Shown here: positions 24,460 through 28,370 of the stretch, piece after piece | How the letters are laid out: every line of letters begins with the position of its first letter | Position numbering within the stretch: position 1 is the first letter of the stretch | NCBI GenBank assembly: GCA_041497895.1 | Contig: JBGQHJ010000054.1 | Coordinates: 1 to 28,370 of the forward strand | Length of the DNA: 28,370 bases | Source of the DNA: Candidatus Methylomirabilia bacterium | GTDB taxonomy: Bacteria > Methylomirabilota > Methylomirabilia > Rokubacteriales > CSP1-6 | Direction of reading: 5' to 3' | Notes under the pieces: generated by a model | What the model saw: the letters and a program-made list of their open reading frames with translations, nothing else | Told to the model about the DNA's origin: nothing | Database searches by the model: none | Position numbers and translations under genes: made by a program

Positions 24460-25626
24460 TCAACTCGGTTGCAGCACCGACTCCAGCAGGATCAGCATCT
24501 CGTCGATCTCCTCGCGGATCACGTTCAGGGCCGGCATGAAGCGGAGCGTGTCGGGGCGCGGGGCGTTGATCAGGAGTCCGCGGTCCATGGCGCTCCGGGA
24601 GACCTTGGCCGCGTCCGTGCCCTTGAGCTCGAGCGCGACCAGGAGGCCGCGGCCGCGGACCTCGCCGTGGCCGAGTCGCGCGGATAGCTCGAGGAGCCGC
24701 TGGGTCAGGTACTCGCCCTTGGCGGCCACGTCGGCGAGGAAGGCCGGGCTCGAGACGGTCTCGACCACCGCGTTGCCGATGGCGGTCATGAGCGCGGAGC
24801 CGTTGAAGGTGCCGCCCTGGTCGCCGTACTCGAAGCAGCACACCGGCTCCGCGGCCACGAGGGCGGCCAGGGGCACGCCGCCGCCCAGGCCCTTGCCGAG
24901 CGTCAGGATATCGGGGACGACCCCGGCGTGCTCGAAGGCGAAGAAGCGCCCGGTGCGTCCGATGCCGGTCTGGATCTCGTCGAGGATCAGGAGCAGCCCG
25001 GCCTCCTCGGTGACCGCGCGCAGCCCGCGCAGGAACTCGTCCCCGGCCGGGTAGACGCCGGCCTCGCCCTGGATCGGCTCGAGCATGACCGCCGCCGTCC
25101 GCGGCGTGATCGCGCGCTTCACCGCGTCCAGGTCGCCGAGCGGCACCTTGGCGAAGCCCGAGACCTTGGGCTCGAACAGGGTCTCCCAGGCGGGCTTGCC
25201 GGAGGCGGCCATGGTCGCGAGGGTGCGGCCGTGGAAGCCGTGGTCCATGGTGATGATCTCGTGCGCGCCCTCGCGGTAGCGGGTGCCCCACTTGCGCGCC
25301 AGCTTGATCGCGCCCTCGTTGGCCTCGGCCCCGCTGTTGCAGAAGAAGACCTGCGCGAGGCCGGACGCCTCGGCCAACCGCCTGGCCAGCTGCGCCATCT
25401 CCGCGTTGTAGTACGCCGGGCTGCAGTTGATGAGCCGCCGCGCCTGGAACGCGACCGTCTCCGCGATTACCGCGGGGGAGTGACCCAGGCAGTTGACCGC
25501 CCAGCCCTGGACGAAGTCGAGATAGGTCTTGCCGTCCTCGTCCCGGAGCCGGGAGCCGTGGCCCTCGACCATCACCACCGGCGGCCGGTCCGTGATCTTC
25601 ATGACTGCTGCCACGTCGGTGCTCAT
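24460..25626 (-). CDS. argD: Acetylornithine aminotransferase (class III PLP)
   Basis: [52 protein letters not shown] and TLGKGLGGG; in an operon with argR. Confidence 0.9.
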   Translation of the reverse strand: MSTDVAAVMKITDRPPVVMVEGHGSRLRDEDGKTYLDFVQGWAVNCLGHSPAVIAETVAFQARRLINCSPAYYNAEMAQLARRLAEASGLAQVFFCNSGAEANEGAIKLARKWGTRYREGAHEIITMDHGFHGRTLATMAASGKPAWETLFEPKVSGFAKVPLGDLDAVKRAITPRTAAVMLEPIQGEAGVYPAGDEFLRGLRAVTEEAGLLLILDEIQTGIGRTGRFFAFEHAGVVPDILTLGKGLGGGVPLAALVAAEPVCCFEYGDQGGTFNGSALMTAIGNAVVETVSSPAFLADVAAKGEYLTQRLLELSARLGHGEVRGRGLLVALELKGTDAAKVSRSAMDRGLLINAPRPDTLRFMPALNVIREEIDEMLILLESVLQPS

Positions 25627-26120
25627 GTCGTGTGCTCTCCTTTGGCGCCCTGCGCGCCGTTGGCCGTGCCCGCGCGGTAGGGCTGCGGCTGCCGCCGCTC
25701 CATCAGGCGATCGGGATGGCGCGCCTCCCGGAAGCCCACCTGGCGGTACAGACCGTGGGCGTCCCGCGTGAACAGGGTCCAGAGGCGCAGGTTCTGTAGC
25801 TCGGGATGAGTGGTGACCGCGGTCATGATCCGCTTGCCGATGCCGTGGCCGCGATGGCTGTCCAGCACGAACACGTCGGCCACGTAGGCGAACGTGGCGC
25901 GGTCGCTGATCACGCGGGCGAAGCCCACCTGGCGGCCGCCGTCGAAGGCGCCGAAGCAGATCGAGTGGCGGATCGATCGCTCGACCGTCTCGCGCGGGAT
26001 GCCCTCCGCCCAGTAGGACCCGGTCAGGAAGCCGTGCACCGTCTCGAGGTCGAGTCGGGCCGGATCCGTGCTGATCAGGATGTCGCCGTCGCGGTGCTCG
26101 TGGATCTCGGAGCGCAGCAT
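25623..26120 (-). CDS. GNAT family N-acetyltransferase
   Basis: [22 protein letters not shown] and [15 protein letters not shown] (acetyl-CoA motif A); overlaps the argD start. Confidence 0.88.
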   Translation of the reverse strand: MLRSEIHEHRDGDILISTDPARLDLETVHGFLTGSYWAEGIPRETVERSIRHSICFGAFDGGRQVGFARVISDRATFAYVADVFVLDSHRGHGIGKRIMTAVTTHPELQNLRLWTLFTRDAHGLYRQVGFREARHPDRLMERRQPQPYRAGTANGAQGAKGEHTT

Positions 26121-26132
26121 GGATTCGTCCTT

Positions 26133-26630
26133 TCAGGCGCGCCGGCCCACCCGGGCCGGGGCCAGGGGAGCGCGGAGGCGCCGCTCGAGGCGGAGCGCGG
26201 CCGAGGGGCCGGGGGTGGCCACGAAGACGGTGTCGTCGCCCGCGATGGTGCCCACCACGTCGGGGAGCGCGGCCTCGTCGAGGGCGCGGGCCAGGGGATG
26301 CGCGCCGGCGGGCGGGGTGCGGACCACCACCAGCGAGGCGGCGGCATGCACCGACAGCACGTACTCGGCCACCGCCCGGTCGAGCGTGCCCTGCCGCGCC
26401 TCCGCGGGCACGAAGGCGGGCGCGGGCGCGGCCACGTACCCGGTCGGGGTCTTGGCGAGACCGAGCGCCTTCAGGTCGCGCGAGAGCGTGGGCTGCGCGA
26501 CCAGGATGCCCCGGCGCCGGAGCCGCCGCTGCAGGTCTTCCTGGGAGCGCACCCCGCCCTCGTCCACCACCGCGAGGATCGCCTGCCTCCGGCGGCCCCC
26601 GTCTCCTCCGCTCACATATATATTCGTCAT
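26133..26630 (-). CDS. argR: Arginine repressor
   Basis: SQEDL and QPTLSRDL (winged HTH); [10 protein letters not shown] and [11 protein letters not shown] (arginine binding). Confidence 0.93.
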   Translation of the reverse strand: MTNIYVSGGDGGRRRQAILAVVDEGGVRSQEDLQRRLRRRGILVAQPTLSRDLKALGLAKTPTGYVAAPAPAFVPAEARQGTLDRAVAEYVLSVHAAASLVVVRTPPAGAHPLARALDEAALPDVVGTIAGDDTVFVATPGPSAALRLERRLRAPLAPARVGRRA

Positions 26631-26646
26631 GGAGAATATAAATACA
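26613..26646 (-). promoter_or_regulatory. Tandem ARG boxes overlapping the argR start and promoter
   Basis: Minus strand TGTAT-TTAT-ATTCT (26646-26633) and CGAAT-ATAT-ATGTG (26626-26613), 20 bp apart, compared with core consensus TGMAT-wwww-ATKCA. TTGACC lies at 26667-26662. Confidence 0.6.
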
Positions 26647-26730
26647 TCAGGCCGCGCGCCCGGTCAAGCCGCTCGTGCAGACGGGGCCGGTTGCGCCCGC
26701 GGCGCGCCCTGCGGTAGCGTGGCCCGGACG

Positions 26731-27303
26731 ATGGCGAGGCGCGGGTGGTCGTGGGGAGTGCCGGTGGGCCTGCTCGGGCTGCTCGCGGGCGGCTCGGTCT
26801 ACGCGACCACCACGCCCCGCTACGCGCTCTACCAGCTGGGCACCGCGCTGCAGCAGCACGACGAGGCCACCGCCCTGCGGTACTTCGACGTCGAGCGCAT
26901 CGCCGACCGCGCCACCGAGGTGCTGGTGGCGGACTACCTGGCGCGCCAGCCCGCGCCCGCCACTCTGGCCGAGGCCAACGGGCGCCAGCTGGTGGCGAGC
27001 CTGGCCCGTCGCCGCCTGCGCCCGCAGGTCGCCGCGCGCGTCCGCGTCGAGATCCGGCGGAGCGTGGAGCGGGCCGGCGTCCGGCCGGCCGCGGTGGCCC
27101 TGCCGGTCGGGGTGGTCGCGGTCCTGCAGGCGTTCGACGTCTCGCGGGACGGCCCGGACGCCTGGATCTCCTACCGCGATCCGGTCCAGGGCCCCATCCG
27201 CTTCCGTATGATCCGCCAGCCAGGCGAGCCGTGGAAAATCAGCGAGTTCGATCCCGACTGGGTGCGCCGCCGGGCGCAAGAGGAGTCGATCCGCCTGCGC
27301 TGA
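26731..27303 (+). CDS. DUF2939-like membrane-anchored protein (190 aa)
   Basis: N-terminal hydrophobic segment followed by PRYALYQLGTALQQHD...YFDVERI. Confidence 0.6.
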   Translation: MARRGWSWGVPVGLLGLLAGGSVYATTTPRYALYQLGTALQQHDEATALRYFDVERIADRATEVLVADYLARQPAPATLAEANGRQLVASLARRRLRPQVAARVRVEIRRSVERAGVRPAAVALPVGVVAVLQAFDVSRDGPDAWISYRDPVQGPIRFRMIRQPGEPWKISEFDPDWVRRRAQEESIRLR

Positions 27304-27316
27304 GACCTCGAATGCC

Positions 27317-27344
27317 TTGACTCCTCGCGCGGGCCTGTGATATT
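27317..27344 (+). promoter_or_regulatory. Sigma70-like promoter
   Basis: TTGACT-N16-GATATT, with TG immediately upstream of the -10. Confidence 0.5.
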
Positions 27345-27395
27345 CCACTGTCCGGACCGCCGTCGCTCCTCCCATCCGGTCCCCACGAGGTCACC

Positions 27396-28286
27396 ATGGC
27401 GCAAGTCGTTGGATTCATTGGGCTCGGAATCATGGGCCGTCCCATGGCCAAGAACTTGCTGAAGGCCGGCTATCCACTGGTTGTCCACAGCAGGAGCCAG
27501 GGGCCGGTCCAGGAGCTGGTGGGGGCGGGCGCCAAGGCAGCCTCGACGCCCAGGGACGTGGCCGCGCAGTCGGACGTCGTGGTCACCATGCTGCCCAACT
27601 CGCCCGACGTCGAGCTGGTCGCCCTCGGCAAGGACGGGCTCATCGAAGGGGCCAAGCGCGGGCAGCTGCTCGCGGACATGTCCACGATCTCGCCGCTCGT
27701 CTCCCAGAAGGTGGGCAAGGCGCTCGCGGCCAAGGGCGTGCGCATGGTCGACGCGCCGGTGTCGGGCGGCGAGAAGGGCGCCATCGACGCCGCGCTGTCC
27801 ATCATGGTGGGCGGGGAGAAGGCGGACTTCGACGCGGCGCTCCCGATCTTCCAGGCGCTCGGCAAGACCATCACGCACCTGGGTCCCCTCGGGGCGGGCG
27901 GGTTCACGAAGCTCGCCAACCAGATCATCGTGGCGGTCAACCTCACCGCGCTCGGCGAGGCGCTCACCCTGGCCCGCAAGGCCGGGCTCGATCGCGCGCT
28001 CACCCTGAAGGCGCTGGGAGGCGGGCTCGCGGGCTCGAAGTGCCTGGAGCAGAAGACCCCGAACTACGTGGCCGGTACCTACAACCCCGGCTTCAAGATC
28101 GACCTCCACTTCAAGGATCTGGGCCTCATCATGGAGTCCTCCCGCGCCCTCGGCGTGCCGCTGCCGTGCACCGCGGTGGTGCAGGAGCTGTTCAACGCCA
28201 TGCGGGTGAAGGGCAAGGGAGGGCTCGATCACTCCGGCGTGATCACGCTGCTCGAGGAGCTGGCGGGCGTGCCGGAGAAATCATGA
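27396..28286 (+). CDS. garR: 2-hydroxy-3-oxopropionate (tartronate semialdehyde) reductase
   Basis: GFIGLGIMG, MLPNSPDVE, DAPVSGGEKGAI, KLANQIIV and PGFKIDLHFKDL. Confidence 0.75.
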   Translation: MAQVVGFIGLGIMGRPMAKNLLKAGYPLVVHSRSQGPVQELVGAGAKAASTPRDVAAQSDVVVTMLPNSPDVELVALGKDGLIEGAKRGQLLADMSTISPLVSQKVGKALAAKGVRMVDAPVSGGEKGAIDAALSIMVGGEKADFDAALPIFQALGKTITHLGPLGAGGFTKLANQIIVAVNLTALGEALTLARKAGLDRALTLKALGGGLAGSKCLEQKTPNYVAGTYNPGFKIDLHFKDLGLIMESSRALGVPLPCTAVVQELFNAMRVKGKGGLDHSGVITLLEELAGVPEKS

Positions 28287-28370
28287 GGGCGACCGTCGAT
28301 CGGCCCGGCCTCGACTCGCAAGGCCGCTCCCCCCTCATCAAGATCCGCCGGGTCCGCAAGGGCGATCTCG

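Noticed and set aside
790..28286. Other TGA stops as selenocysteine codons
   Set aside because: They occur at expected protein ends, often overlapping the next start (TGATG or ATGA), with no Cys-motif context.

Overview
A very GC-rich, gene-dense bacterial window. An uncultured lineage such as Ca. Rokubacteria/Methylomirabilota is plausible, but that is inference only. From left to right it carries: the end of a hopanoid/envelope cluster (ArnT-like glycosyltransferase fragment, DedA, hpnJ); serA and a cupin; small membrane and lipoprotein genes; a minus-strand sugar-phosphate operon (gntK, an unusual RpiB-like::Pgi fusion, zwf); a three-gene operon; a DMT transporter; beta-hydroxyacid dehydrogenases; a DUF748 protein; a GYD-ferredoxin-flavoprotein-AOR-MoaD tungsto/molybdo-oxidoreductase operon; and argR-GNAT-argD with ARG boxes. 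The main hidden signal is in the three-gene operon. The '95 aa' ORF at 12363 reads through an in-frame TGA (12648-12650) that is followed by a SECIS-like hairpin, giving a 176-aa UGSC-type selenoprotein (U-G-S-C). It is coupled to an uncharacterised 347-aa partner. Other notable items are an RpiB domain missing its phosphate-binding residues, a 39-bp dispersed hairpin element (one copy encodes the N-terminus of the MoaD-like protein), a perfect 42-bp inverted repeat pair, and very compact divergent promoters. No tRNA, rRNA, CRISPR array or transposase was recognised.
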